Shown piece by piece: positions 61,900-62,657 of a DNA stretch of 62,657 bases. Origin of the DNA: Scyliorhinus canicula (Eukaryota). The number at the start of each line of letters is the position of its first letter. The first letter of the stretch is position 1. A program made the translations under genes and the position numbers. A model generated the notes under the pieces. That model worked only from the letters and a program-made list of their open reading frames with translations. It did not search any database and had not been told where the DNA came from. The stretch is taken from contig NW_024055843.1 in assembly GCF_902713615.1 (NCBI RefSeq), forward strand, positions 124,001-186,657. The letters are read 5' to 3'.

Positions 61900-62657
61900 A
61901 GCCGTCCATAGATGGTCTTCCTACCATCAAATCATAAGACATAGGAGCGGACACCAGCCTTTCAGTCCATTGAGTCTGCTCCGCATTCAATCACGACTTA
62001 TGTTTCTAATCCCCATTCTCCTGCCTTCTCTCCACAATCCCTGATCCCCTTATTAATCAAGAACCTATCTATCTATATCTTAAAGACACTCAGTGATTTG
62101 GCCTCCACAACCTTCTGCGGGAATGAGTTCCACAAATTCAAGACCCTCTCGCTGAATAAATTGCTCCTCTTCTCAGTTTTGAAGGATCGTCCCTTAAATC
62201 TGAGGCTGTGCCCTCGGGTTCTAGTTTCACCTAATAGGCCTCTCGCTGTTCTGTAAGTTTCAATGTGACCCCCCCCCCCACGCTCCCCCTCCCAGCCAAT
62301 CCCCTACCTCGCTTCCCTCCCCCCCCCCACCCCACAGCACTTCGTCCTTCTAAACTCTATCCAGAACAGATCCAGAGCCCTCAACCGCTCCTTTTAAGAA
62401 AAGTCCGTCATTCCGAGGGTTAGTCTTGTGAATCTTCTCTGGAGCTTCTCCAAGGCCTTCTTTAGAAAAGGGGAGCAAAACTGCTCACAATATTTCAAAT
62501 GGAGTCTGACCAGAGCCTCATGGAGCCTCAACAGTTACATCCCTGTTCCTGTAATCTAGCCCTCGCAACATGAATGCTAAATTGCATTTGCCTTCCTTGC
62601 TGCCAACCGATCCTGCAAGTTAACCTTAAGAGAATCCTCAAACTAGAATTCCTAAGT
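61900..62657 (-). mobile_element. CR1 LINE fragment running to the window end
   Basis: Reverse-complement 3' tail and RT C-terminal sequence. Confidence 0.7.

Larger units (their letters stand above)
50840..62075. repeat. Head-to-tail duplication: copy 1 ~50840-56885, copy 2 ~56960-62075
   Basis: Colinear matches such as 50860/56980, 51140/57160, 51900/57900, 53420/58830, 54580/60220, 55480/60800, 55740/61485 and 56850/62040. Confidence 0.9.

Overview
This is cartilaginous-fish (shark) genomic DNA. The HE1/V-SINE and CR1 content looks catshark-like, which is an inference. The core of the window is one complete, apparently intact, unrearranged IgM heavy-chain cluster on the minus strand (about 15.0-41.3 kb): leader, VH, D1, D2, JH, Cmu1-Cmu4 with secretory tail, TM1 and TM2. 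All splice phases and all six RSSs are readable (V23, 12-D1-22, 12-D2-12, 23-J). The 15.6-kb JH-Cmu1 intron is unusually structured. In transcription order it holds a triplicated post-J module, a J-like relic with a 9-bp-spacer RSS, a 10.5-kb strand-asymmetric GTGAG satellite with higher-order structure, a purine-rich-sense 20-mer tract, and a 29-bp tandem array with about 21 AGCT motifs roughly 0.5 kb before Cmu1. This is the best candidate for something undescribed: a switch-region-like or enhancer-like module in a shark IgM intron. Downstream of the IgM 3' end lies a C2H2 zinc-finger mini-cluster: one 10-finger ORF cut off by a CR1 insertion, two pseudogene paralogs and a CpG-rich NRF1/YY1/CCAAT promoter. 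Upstream of VH is non-coding, TE-rich DNA with a roughly 5-6 kb head-to-tail duplication, a solo LTR with TSD and an empty paralogous site, and a tRNA-Asn-headed mini-retroposon. The very long His/Thr/Ser ORFs are satellite artefacts. TE boundaries are approximate.
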